Part shown: positions 52,512 to 59,736 of the stretch, one piece after another
How positions within the stretch are numbered: the first letter of the stretch is position 1
Layout: each line of letters starts with the position of its first letter
IMG/VR virus record: IMGVR_UViG_3300028831_000097
Span: 1-64,000 of that record
Reading direction: 5' to 3' (one strand)
Source of the DNA: a virus
Length of the DNA: 64,000 nucleotides
The notes under the pieces: generated by a model
What the model saw: the letters and a program-made list of their open reading frames with translations, nothing else
Told to the model about the DNA's origin: nothing
Databases searched by the model: none
Translations under genes and position numbers: made by a program

Positions 52512-52872
52512 TCCCTTCACCTTCTTTCCCGCTCAGCGCGGTGCGAGCGGCAATCACCTGAGAGTCGCCCTCGATATCTCGCTGCTTTCCGTTGTAAAGA
52601 AGTTTCTGGCTCCGCTTCCACAAATCCAGCATGTCTTCCAGCGCCTCACGCAGTCGGCCTACCTCTGCAAGTAGGGCATCACGTTCGTTGACTGCGGTGA
52701 CGATCAATTCTGCGTTGGCGTCGGCGGGCATTCGGTATGAGTTCGCATTGCAACGACCCGATTTGTAAACCTGAGCTATCATGCTGGACCACTCGCCCGT
52801 GTCGGCCTTGATTTCCAAGCGCCTGCTGTTGTGCTCAAGTCGCCACGGTCGCGCTGTCGCCTCATTGCTCAT
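52501..52872 (-). CDS. Hypothetical protein with the motif ANAELIVTAVNERDALLAEV
   Basis: 123 aa. A similar helix motif is seen in 55759..56367 and 57487..57861. Confidence 0.5.
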   Translation of the reverse strand: MSNEATARPWRLEHNSRRLEIKADTGEWSSMIAQVYKSGRCNANSYRMPADANAELIVTAVNERDALLAEVGRLREALEDMLDLWKRSQKLLYNGKQRDIEGDSQVIAARTALSGKEGEGNGE

Positions 52873-52877
52873 TGGGG

Positions 52878-53087
52878 TTACTCCTCAACTGGAAAATTAC
52901 TAAGAAATCGGCGCATGGTTGCTACACCCTGCTCCTGTTGTTCATCGTCCGCAGCGAGAACGCGGTAGACCGCAGTGAGAAATTCCCGTTCGTCGTCATT
53001 GTCGGCGGTTAGCGCAAGTCGTCCTACGCCCTGATCTTCGCGCACGTCGCCCTTCCCGCGCTTATGAGTGCTCGCTTGGATTCGCAT
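52878..53087 (-). CDS. Hypothetical protein
   Basis: 69-aa ORF. Confidence 0.45.
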   Translation of the reverse strand: MRIQASTHKRGKGDVREDQGVGRLALTADNDDEREFLTAVYRVLAADDEQQEQGVATMRRFLSNFPVEE

Positions 53088-53199
53088 GTTCGATAACCAC
53101 CTTCCCGCAATCGAAGCATTCCCACTGAATCACTGAACCATCAACGTGTGGCGCTCCCTGCGTCATTCGACTCCCGCATCTCGGACATTGTTTAGCCAT
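53062..53199 (-). CDS. 45-aa zinc-ribbon protein (below the ORF-track cutoff)
   Basis: Own codon-by-codon translation is MAKQCPRCGSRMTQGAPHVDGSVIQWECFDCGKVVIEHANPSEHS. GGGAAAGGGG lies upstream. Overlaps the next gene by 26 nt. Confidence 0.45.
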   Translation of the reverse strand: MAKQCPRCGSRMTQGAPHVDGSVIQWECFDCGKVVIEHANPSEHS

Positions 53200-53219
53200 C
53201 TATTCCCCTTTCCCTGCAA

Positions 53220-53411
53220 TCAATCGTCAAAGTGACAACAGTCCTCGTCGTCTGACGTGAGCGACGATTTGCACTGACTACACTCACCCGCATCGACATC
53301 AGCCTGAGTGAGAGTTGCCAGACAATTCCCGCACTCGCCTAGGCCGTAGTCTGAGCGAGGTTCGGTGAGACGTGAGCGCAGACGTTCGCGGAGGGTATCG
53401 AAGTTAGTCAT
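53220..53411 (-). CDS. Small Cys-rich acidic protein
   Basis: ATG at 53411 with GAGGAG upstream; CGNC...CSQC. Confidence 0.5.
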   Translation of the reverse strand: MTNFDTLRERLRSRLTEPRSDYGLGECGNCLATLTQADVDAGECSQCKSSLTSDDEDCCHFDD

Positions 53412-53425
53412 CGTGGTATTCTCCT

Positions 53426-53767
53426 CTAATCCGTGTACGGTTCCACGATCCGCACGAACCAGCGCGTCTTCTCCTTCGGTTCCCATGTTCCCGGTCCAAC
53501 TTCCTTCTTCATTTCCTCGCTTGGTCCAACATCCTTACATTCAACGAGTCGTGCAGAAGCCCAGTTTTTTGGTTCGTCATTAAAACCGCGCACGCACAAC
53601 CGTGCCAAGTCTTTGACCTTTTCCTCGTCAAGCTGCACGTAGAACTTCTGGTTATTCAGCAGCATTCCCTCGCGTCGTAGTGAAATGTATGCGCTGTGAA
53701 CTGAATCTGCATAAGGTCGTGGTTGACCGCCTTCAACATGATCGATAATTACGTAGTCTCTTCTCAT
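53426..53767 (-). CDS. Hypothetical protein
   Basis: 113-aa ORF. Confidence 0.5.
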   Translation of the reverse strand: MRRDYVIIDHVEGGQPRPYADSVHSAYISLRREGMLLNNQKFYVQLDEEKVKDLARLCVRGFNDEPKNWASARLVECKDVGPSEEMKKEVGPGTWEPKEKTRWFVRIVEPYTD

Positions 53768-53976
53768 TTCATCACCCTCTCTCGCGCCACGCGCAACACT
53801 ACTCGCTGTCCTCGCTGTAACGGACTCTCAATCACGTCGAACAAGCCTATAACTTCCGTTCCCGTCTTCTGCTTCACTGTGTAACCGAGAATGAAGTTAT
53901 CCAATCTCTGCCAGCCTGCTAGCACGTCATCAGCCAGCTCTGATGTATTGTGTTTGACGGTCATTGCGATGATCAT
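53764..53976 (-). CDS. Hypothetical protein
   Basis: ATGA overlaps on both sides. Confidence 0.5.
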   Translation of the reverse strand: MIIAMTVKHNTSELADDVLAGWQRLDNFILGYTVKQKTGTEVIGLFDVIESPLQRGQRVVLRVARERVMK

Positions 53977-54404
53977 CTGGTGATCCTTTCTCTCGCTACG
54001 CGCAACATTTCCTTCATATCCTCGTTCTGCTCCAGCAACATCCGCGCACGTTCCGCCAACCTCCCGCGCTCAAACCAGAACTCAGCATTCTCTCTCTCCG
54101 TGTAACGAGTCTGAGAGAGCGGCGCTAGTTCCCATTCGTCGGCGAAGGAGGGGAGGAGATAGCCGCCATTAGCTCGTACTTCTGCGGTGGTCGCATCAAT
54201 CGCAGCGTCGATCACCCGTACCCGCTCAGTCTGAGAGAGTTGATGCAGCGCACAGTCGCAGTTCGAGTCACTCAACATCTCTCTCGTTCGCTCCAACACT
54301 TGCTTAGTCTCGTACTCGATTGCTGCAGCGCACATTTCGCACGGAGCGCCATTAGCTAAGTCGCAAGTTGAACTGTCGTGGATGTCACTTACTGTCTGAG
54401 TCAT
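53973..54404 (-). CDS. Hypothetical protein
   Basis: 143-aa ORF. Confidence 0.5.
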   Translation of the reverse strand: MTQTVSDIHDSSTCDLANGAPCEMCAAAIEYETKQVLERTREMLSDSNCDCALHQLSQTERVRVIDAAIDATTAEVRANGGYLLPSFADEWELAPLSQTRYTERENAEFWFERGRLAERARMLLEQNEDMKEMLRVARERITR

Positions 54405-54619
54405 GGTTTGGGAATCGCCTGTTGATTGCGTCGTATCCTAGATTCTTCTTCCTTTTGCTTCGCTTTGTATAACAACCACGCCTTTCGTTTCGTACCTGTC
54501 TCTGCTTCATATCGAGCTTCGTCGTTCTGCCTCTGGAAGAAATCTAGCCAGCGCTCATACGCTTCTCGTATACGCTTGTCATCGATAGCAGCTACTCTCT
54601 GTCGGTACTCCTGAATCGT
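54401..54619 (-). CDS. 72-codon ORF with no canonical start, in frame with and directly downstream of the TGA of the 54620..54778 gene
   Basis: Own translation begins TIQEYRQRVAAIDDKRIREAYERWLDFFQRQNDEARYEAETGTKRKAW... The first ATG/GTG/TTG is codon 50. It ends in an ATGA overlap with the next gene. There is no other plausible gene on either strand here. Confidence 0.35.
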   Translation of the reverse strand, partial: TIQEYRQRVAAIDDKRIREAYERWLDFFQRQNDEARYEAETGTKRKAWLLYKAKQKEEESRIRRNQQAIPKP

Positions 54620-54778
54620 TCATCTCCTCCCCTTCCCTTTCGGCCCCAGCTTCCCTTTCTGTCGCGGTCTGTCCCAGTACGGTGAATTACAACTTGCACA
54701 GGTGCGCGGTTTATCGGTTGTGCGTGGCCACCAATAATGTCCGCAACGCAGGCAGTGCAGTTGTTTAAGAACTGTCAT
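54620..54778 (-). CDS. 52-aa zinc-ribbon protein (below the ORF-track cutoff)
   Basis: Own translation is MTVLKQLHCLRCGHYWWPRTTDKPRTCASCNSPYWDRPRQKGKLGPKGKGRR, followed by TGA at 54622-54620. Confidence 0.5.
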   Translation of the reverse strand: MTVLKQLHCLRCGHYWWPRTTDKPRTCASCNSPYWDRPRQKGKLGPKGKGRR

Positions 54779-54786
54779 TATGTTTC

Positions 54787-55395
54787 TTAACCCCACTGCT
54801 CAGCCATCGCGGTTGCGATCCCTGTAAAGGTTCGACTACGCTCTTTCCACCGAGTGGGAGACCGCGGAAGATGATGCAATCGCTGAGCTTCTGATTTCTT
54901 TTCTGGTAAGGGAACGATCTCCGTTGGCTGTAATAGCGGTAAGTTTCTCAACCATAAACAAGTCGCCTTGCGCTCGGCGTGACCAAATTCATATGGCTGG
55001 ATTGTTTGCATCGGCTCGCCCATGATTAACCGTGCGTCTCGATAAGGAATTGGATTTTCTCCTGCGATTCTTGGAATAGGCGAATTCAACAAGCGTCGAA
55101 AACATCGCGCAGAGTGCCGCATAGCTCGATAGCGAGGATAGCCGTAAAGGATATGTGCCTTTGGTTTTTTCGGGCGATTAAAGAACCAGCCCGCCTGAGC
55201 ACGGGTGAGATAAGTGCAGGGCCAGTGAAAGATTAGCAGATCCCAACCTCGATCCAGCACTGTGAATATATCGCATTGCAGGTGCGGGCCCGGCAGTTCC
55301 GAGGGAAGTAAATCGCAAGACCATGCGTCATGTCCGCGCTCTCGAAACGCCTCTCGAACGACCGCGCTGAATTCACAGCCAATGAGAACTTTCAT
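54787..55395 (-). CDS. Small DNA (cytosine-5) methyltransferase-like protein
   Basis: Pattern MKVLIGCEFS..VR.AF...GHDAWSCDL.P...WDLLIFHWPCTYL...IAGENP...TCLWL resembles short phage Dcm-like MTases (PC and ENV-type motifs). Motif IV here reads HWPC rather than PPC. Confidence 0.5.
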   Translation of the reverse strand: MKVLIGCEFSAVVREAFRERGHDAWSCDLLPSELPGPHLQCDIFTVLDRGWDLLIFHWPCTYLTRAQAGWFFNRPKKPKAHILYGYPRYRAMRHSARCFRRLLNSPIPRIAGENPIPYRDARLIMGEPMQTIQPYEFGHAERKATCLWLRNLPLLQPTEIVPLPEKKSEAQRLHHLPRSPTRWKERSRTFTGIATAMAEQWG

Positions 55396-55664
55396 ATCAT
55401 GATCTCACTTCCGTCGTTCGCCCAGACACGCCCGTTAAAAGAAACGTGAGCGATTTCCCGTCCGCTGGCGTCGTAAATCTGCCCGCCCGTCCAATTGCCG
55501 CTGCCCAGATTCTCACTCTGAAGGAATTGGCGGCATATAATTGACGCAGCCTTGAAAGTATAAATGGAAACACGACATGTTTTGACGCCAATCGATCCAA
55601 ATTGGCCAAAGTCAGGATTTCCCGTTGCGCTTAGTTTTACTGTCATTGCTGTTTGGTCTGCCAT
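55392..55664 (-). CDS. Hypothetical protein (C-terminal motif HVSFNGRVW)
   Basis: ATGA overlap downstream; first gene after a promoter-like site. Confidence 0.5.
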   Translation of the reverse strand: MADQTAMTVKLSATGNPDFGQFGSIGVKTCRVSIYTFKAASIICRQFLQSENLGSGNWTGGQIYDASGREIAHVSFNGRVWANDGSEIMI

Positions 55665-55673
55665 GATAAGAGC

Positions 55674-55702
55674 AGGATACTCTCTATGTATCGACTTGTC
55701 AA
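55674..55702 (-). promoter_or_regulatory. Sigma70-like promoter TTGACA-17 nt-TATCCT
   Basis: The minus strand reads ctaTTGACAagtcgatacatagagagTATCCTgctcttatcATG. The -10 ends 9 nt before the ATG, so the mRNA would be leaderless or nearly so. Confidence 0.45.
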
Positions 55703-55758
55703 TAGGGTAAAGCGAAATAGTGAGAATTTATTTCAGTCGTAGTTTGCCCTCCTCTCTC

Positions 55759-56367
55759 TCACCCACTCCGGCGCAGTGCTGCAAGCATCTCTCGGTCAGC
55801 ACACTCACCGCACTTCGCTCCGAGCATGATATTGCAGTAGCACTTGGTTGGTGAGACGCGACGTTGCAGCGCTTCCACCAGTCGCGGCAAAGCGTTATGC
55901 TCAGCAACGATTTGCTCAGCATCTTCCTTGCGGTAAACGTCTGCGACTATCTCCTGTCCGGTTGCGTCGACGACGCGCCAGCCATGCGTTGGTAGCGGCT
56001 CGACACGCCAGTCGCCAGCATCGAGCTTCAGGGTAGAGCTATGATCGCGTACTGTCTGCGCAGCGCGTTGTTCTGCGTATTCGTCCGGCAATGCCTGTAG
56101 CGGGATCGCACCGATAATCAACTGCTTATCTTCTTCGGTCAGCGCGGCGTCAAGTTCCGCGTATGCCTGAGTCGCGCCGGGATTATGTGTTAGATCGCGA
56201 GTCTCTGGTGCGGGTTGTGGCGATGCCAGCTTGCCACTCGGTTCCAGATCGGACCGTGTATGACTTGCATCGATAACGCAAAGTCCTTGATTGTCGATTG
56301 CGTAATGACAAACTCCGCAGAGTTCATCGCCGTAAGGGTTAACCGTGTTAGTTGTTTTATTCATCAT
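55759..56367 (-). CDS. Hypothetical protein with Cys pairs
   Basis: 202-aa ORF. Confidence 0.5.
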   Translation of the reverse strand: MMNKTTNTVNPYGDELCGVCHYAIDNQGLCVIDASHTRSDLEPSGKLASPQPAPETRDLTHNPGATQAYAELDAALTEEDKQLIIGAIPLQALPDEYAEQRAAQTVRDHSSTLKLDAGDWRVEPLPTHGWRVVDATGQEIVADVYRKEDAEQIVAEHNALPRLVEALQRRVSPTKCYCNIMLGAKCGECADREMLAALRRSG

Positions 56368-56539
56368 CCAATCCCCTTTCCAAGTTGCGGTCTGATGAGT
56401 TGAGTTGCTCGATTCTGATTCGTTCGGCTTCGGCTTTCACTGCATCCAGCAGTCTCGGAGCTTCGTGATACTCCTGACAACCCTTGCAGTAGAAGCGTTG
56501 GGTGCGGGGTTGAGGGAGGGTGGTCGGATGTTCAGTCAT
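56357..56539 (-). CDS. Hypothetical small protein (CKGC motif)
   Basis: 60-aa ORF overlapping both neighbours by a few nt. Confidence 0.45.
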   Translation of the reverse strand: MTEHPTTLPQPRTQRFYCKGCQEYHEAPRLLDAVKAEAERIRIEQLNSSDRNLERGLDDE

Positions 56540-57227
56540 GCGACTCCTTTTCCGATATGGTCGTCCAGTCCTTCGCCTCGATTACGTCATTCATCGGCAT
56601 TGCTATAACGGTCATATGCTGACGTGTATCCCAATTTCGCGCGTCAAACCGCACAGGAGTAAAGGAACGATCCGGCTTGTCGTGTTCGGACTTGTACACG
56701 CGCATCGTGACGGACTTGGTTCTATCTGGTCCAAACGCAGCCATTGCTTTCAGCGCTGGTAGCAACAGATTCAAGTCGAGCGTGACTACTGCAACGGGCT
56801 CGCCTTCAGGGATAGCTTTCTCCCACTTCGGAAACTGTTTCGAGGGTGGCTGCGGCGACTCGTCAACCTTGAACACGGTTTTAGTCTCAAGGTCAGTGGT
56901 GGCGATAACCTTTGACTGCCCGTCACTGTTGACGCCGATAAGTGCATGGTTTAGTGCTGGTAACTGTCGTTCGTTGGGGATTGCCTTAACGATTGCAGCA
57001 GCCTGCACAGCAGGTATTAGGAATGGTTCAAATTCAGCAAGCGGTGTAACGTTGTCAACGACCGGAAAATTCTCGTTTTTGGTTTCAGTGTTCGATACCA
57101 GCGCGAGTACATGCCCATCACAAGCCACGGTTTTATCAGGATGGATCTGGACAGTCGCCAGACTGAAACGGGTATCTTCTGATTTGGCTACCAGTGAGCC
57201 AATTGCGAAGTTCTTACGGTTGTGCAT
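56532..57227 (-). CDS. Short beta-clamp-like protein (231 aa)
   Basis: VACDGHVLALV compares with the DnaN motif ATDGHRLA. QFPKWEKAIP compares with FP.Y..VIP. The C-terminal VIAMPMN compares with the DnaN ending ..MPMRL. Length corresponds to about two clamp domains. Confidence 0.4.
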   Translation of the reverse strand: MHNRKNFAIGSLVAKSEDTRFSLATVQIHPDKTVACDGHVLALVSNTETKNENFPVVDNVTPLAEFEPFLIPAVQAAAIVKAIPNERQLPALNHALIGVNSDGQSKVIATTDLETKTVFKVDESPQPPSKQFPKWEKAIPEGEPVAVVTLDLNLLLPALKAMAAFGPDRTKSVTMRVYKSEHDKPDRSFTPVRFDARNWDTRQHMTVIAMPMNDVIEAKDWTTISEKESHD

Positions 57228-57239
57228 GGTTAATCTCCT

Positions 57240-57380
57240 TCACTTCTGTCGCGGATGCGCGGCATTCCATGCCGACCAGCGACATTGCTTCGTACAGTAA
57301 ACCTGCCAAGCTCGTTTCTGATCGAATTCATCCTTGCACCACGGACAGGTTATACGTGGCCGTTCTTTCTTGCGTGGCAT
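57240..57380 (-). CDS. 46-aa zinc-ribbon protein
   Basis: ATG at 57380 with GGGAGG upstream; CPWC-x13-C..QC. Confidence 0.5.
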   Translation of the reverse strand: MPRKKERPRITCPWCKDEFDQKRAWQVYCTKQCRWSAWNAAHPRQK

Positions 57381-57410
57381 AGGGTAGTCCTCCCGTTTAA
57401 GGTGTCGGGA

Positions 57411-57439
57411 ATAGTAACCCACGCACATGCGTTTGTCAA
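57411..57439 (-). promoter_or_regulatory. Sigma70-like promoter TTGACA-17 nt-TACTAT
   Basis: The minus strand reads cccgTTGACAaacgcatgtgcgtgggtTACTATtcccgacacc, followed by a GGGAGG RBS and ATG 57380. Confidence 0.5.
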
Positions 57440-57486
57440 CGGGTTGCAATGCGTTGTTCATGTAGGTAGTCTGATTAGAGTCTCCC

Positions 57487-57861
57487 CTATCCCCGCACGC
57501 GGCTGAGCGCTTCATTCGCCGCGATCCATGCCGGATCTGACATCCATGCCTCACCTGTTTGTTCGAAGCGCGTCATCAGCCCTCGCAGCGCCGCGACGAG
57601 TTGCGCGTGGTTGTTCACGTAGTCCACGATACCTTTCGCCGTCTCCTCCGTCTTGATTCCAGACGCGATGAGGTTGTTGTAGTAGTCATAAACGCAGTAA
57701 TCGGGATAGCCCTTGCGATACTTCCAGCCTAATCCTTGGGGCTGGCAGATATGTTCTTCCATACTCGCATTCGTCCCCACTTCCCCACACTCATCACAAG
57801 TCGCGGGATACTCAGGGGCGGACATCCCCTCGAAGATCTGATCGAATTCAGTTGTGGTCAT
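57487..57861 (-). CDS. Hypothetical protein
   Basis: 124-aa ORF. Confidence 0.5.
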   Translation of the reverse strand: MTTTEFDQIFEGMSAPEYPATCDECGEVGTNASMEEHICQPQGLGWKYRKGYPDYCVYDYYNNLIASGIKTEETAKGIVDYVNNHAQLVAALRGLMTRFEQTGEAWMSDPAWIAANEALSRVRG

Positions 57862-58067
57862 TTGTGTGCTCCTTCAGTCAACCAGCGGCATGCCTTAATA
57901 TAGTCCCTGATCGTGAGCGGTTTGTAGCACGGCTCAAGTGGTAAGACCTGACGAAACATGCCGCCTTTAATCTCGGTCTTAAATCCAAGTTCACAGGGAC
58001 GACGAACGCCAATTGAATTGTTCAGTGCCCGGCAATTGTCGCAGATGCGTTTTTGAGATAGTTTCAT
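57858..58067 (-). CDS. Hypothetical small Cys-containing protein
   Basis: ATG at 58067, just after the upstream stop at 58070. Confidence 0.45.
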   Translation of the reverse strand: MKLSQKRICDNCRALNNSIGVRRPCELGFKTEIKGGMFRQVLPLEPCYKPLTIRDYIKACRWLTEGAHK

Positions 58068-58069
58068 TG

Positions 58070-58348
58070 TCAGTAAGCCTCTCGACTCCCATTCTTCTCC
58101 ACGCAATCCTGATCACTCCCACAGGGAATCGTACATTTCCCCGCGTGTGCGTCTCGCAGTGAGCAGCCTTCGATGTAGCTCACCACTTCCCGGACTGGAT
58201 CAGGACCGCAGATTCTGTTTCCGTGTACGCGACAATCCCAGCGCGGATCGTCCTCGGTGATTATCCCCTTCGGCCAGTGATAGCCGCTGATGAAGGCACA
58301 GGTCATGGCGAAGGCTAGGGTTAGAATTTGTAGCAGTCGTAGTTTCAT
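58070..58348 (-). CDS. Small secreted cysteine-rich protein
   Basis: Signal-like N-terminus MKLRLLQILTLAFAMTCAFISG, then 6 further Cys in about 65 aa. Confidence 0.5.
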   Translation of the reverse strand: MKLRLLQILTLAFAMTCAFISGYHWPKGIITEDDPRWDCRVHGNRICGPDPVREVVSYIEGCSLRDAHAGKCTIPCGSDQDCVEKNGSREAY

Positions 58349-58542
58349 TGTGTTCTCTCCTTTTCAATCCGCTTCCTCTGCCGGTACAGAAACCCCAGCA
58401 ACTCCTCCCCTGCCTGTGTCAGCCAATAACCCGTACCCTGACACACGCTGCAAACGTGTCCACTGTTAAGCGGGTACTCGCCACTGGACCGACAACTGAG
58501 ACAGGGACCATCCAGATGTTTTGATAAGCTCTCGTCACTCAT
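58345..58542 (-). CDS. Small zinc-finger protein (CxxC ... CxxCxGxG)
   Basis: CLSC...CSVCQGTG; ATGA overlaps. Confidence 0.5.
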   Translation of the reverse strand: MSDESLSKHLDGPCLSCRSSGEYPLNSGHVCSVCQGTGYWLTQAGEELLGFLYRQRKRIEKERTQ

Positions 58543-58760
58543 CGATCCTCCTCCCTCGGCGGCAACTCAATAAACTCACCGAGAATCAACCGCGAGCGCT
58601 GTGTGAGTGCATCTATCCCGGTGCGCAACTGCCCCTCCCCAGCGATCTCCAGCACGGCATTGGCTAATATCTGCACCTGAGACGCAAGCTCAAGCAGGGC
58701 TCTTTGTTGAGCATCTCGATTTCCACTCTCGATTGCGTAGTAGACTTCTCTGGCGTTCAT
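58539..58760 (-). CDS. Hypothetical helical protein
   Basis: ATG at 58760 in an ATGA overlap, with GAGGAGG 7 nt upstream. Confidence 0.45.
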   Translation of the reverse strand: MNAREVYYAIESGNRDAQQRALLELASQVQILANAVLEIAGEGQLRTGIDALTQRSRLILGEFIELPPREEDR

Positions 58761-58984
58761 CTCCATTCCTCCTCTTTCGTCTGAGCCTTCGTTTCGTAAC
58801 GGCCGCACACGCATTTGTCGCAAAGGTAAAAGAATGAAACGCCGGTTGTATTGCCCGTATTCCAGTCTACCTGCTCGCACACCATTGCGTTTTGCTGGCA
58901 GTCGCCATAGTTTCCCGTGCACTTAATCCGAGCGGAATCCTTGGCCTGTAGCCGCCTGTAAGTGTAGATTGCCATGATCATCAA
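58757..58984 (-). CDS. Hypothetical Cys-rich protein
   Basis: 75-aa ORF. Confidence 0.45.
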   Translation of the reverse strand: MMIMAIYTYRRLQAKDSARIKCTGNYGDCQQNAMVCEQVDWNTGNTTGVSFFYLCDKCVCGRYETKAQTKEEEWR

Positions 58985-59015
58985 TTCCTTTCGTCTAAGA
59001 GTGAGTGCGGGCTAC

Positions 59016-59237
59016 TTAACGCCATGTCTCAGCGTCTTTTTCAACTCCCGCATGTTTCTCGCAGAGCGGAATGTACTGCCACCACTCTGACGACCATACG
59101 CGTCGAACCTCACCATGCTTTCCCTGTTCGGATAAATAGCAAAATCCGCATTCACCTTTCGGGTCAATTTCGCTCCGGTAGTATTCTTCAACCAGTTCAG
59201 TACTCATAGTGTTCTCCGTTGCATTTGTCTCGTTCAT
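59016..59237 (-). CDS. Hypothetical protein
   Basis: 73-aa ORF with GAAGGAG upstream. Confidence 0.5.
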   Translation of the reverse strand: MNETNATENTMSTELVEEYYRSEIDPKGECGFCYLSEQGKHGEVRRVWSSEWWQYIPLCEKHAGVEKDAETWR

Positions 59238-59298
59238 CGTGAGTGCATCCTACTCCTTCGTGATAACTCAATGAGGCATCGCGGCTAGTTGTTATTAG

Positions 59299-59574
59299 TT
59301 ACTTCGTGACTCGGTTGAGCCATGATTCAAAGCGTGTCGGATTAGTGGCGACTACGCGGAAGTTTGGCAGCTTAAATGTACCGATAGGCCAGTAGTAAGT
59401 GTCGTTCTCTCTTCCTTGATATATCTTGTCGTCTAATTCGTAGCACATGCGTTTCACTTGAACTAGATCCCCCTCAATTCCATCGACGCGGTAGTAGTTC
59501 CGCGCGTCTTCACTAATCCAAACTTGACCGACTACCGGAGGTTGACTGCTTGCGATTTGTTTTTGATTCAGCAT
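59299..59574 (-). CDS. Hypothetical protein; first gene of the leftward early block
   Basis: ATG at 59574 with a purine-rich GAAAGAGAG upstream. The alternative TTG at 59613 lacks an SD sequence. Confidence 0.45.
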   Translation of the reverse strand: MLNQKQIASSQPPVVGQVWISEDARNYYRVDGIEGDLVQVKRMCYELDDKIYQGRENDTYYWPIGTFKLPNFRVVATNPTRFESWLNRVTK

Positions 59575-59663
59575 TAGAATCTCTCTTTCTGCGATGCCTG
59601 ACTCAGTTATCAAAGAGCCGCGTCAATCGAACAATCCGCATCCTACTCCTACTAGAACACCTA

Positions 59664-59736
59664 GAAAGCGGCTCCGGTTCGTGCTTACCTTCCCCGGAAT
59701 TGAGAGCAAAGGTCATTTTCGTGCTCTGCCGCTTTC
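59664..59736. other. 73-nt structured element: a 9-bp closing stem around two hairpins
   Basis: GAAAGCGGC (59664-72) pairs with GCCGCTTTC (59728-36). These enclose TCCGG-16 nt-CCGGA and AGAGCA-13 nt-TGCTCT. Located in the roughly 370-bp non-coding divergent region. Confidence 0.35.

Noticed and set aside
54426-54614. The + strand 62-aa ORF in the early block
   Set aside because: It is on the opposite strand to the whole operon and its translation is Ser/Phe/Arg-rich. The minus-strand frame has much more protein-like composition and ends in an ATGA overlap with the next gene.
59664-59736. A tRNA gene, given the 73-nt length and closing stem
   Set aside because: There are only two internal hairpins, with loops of 16 and 13 nt. 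There is no T-loop (TTCRA) or D-loop signature and no 7-bp acceptor/anticodon geometry on either strand.
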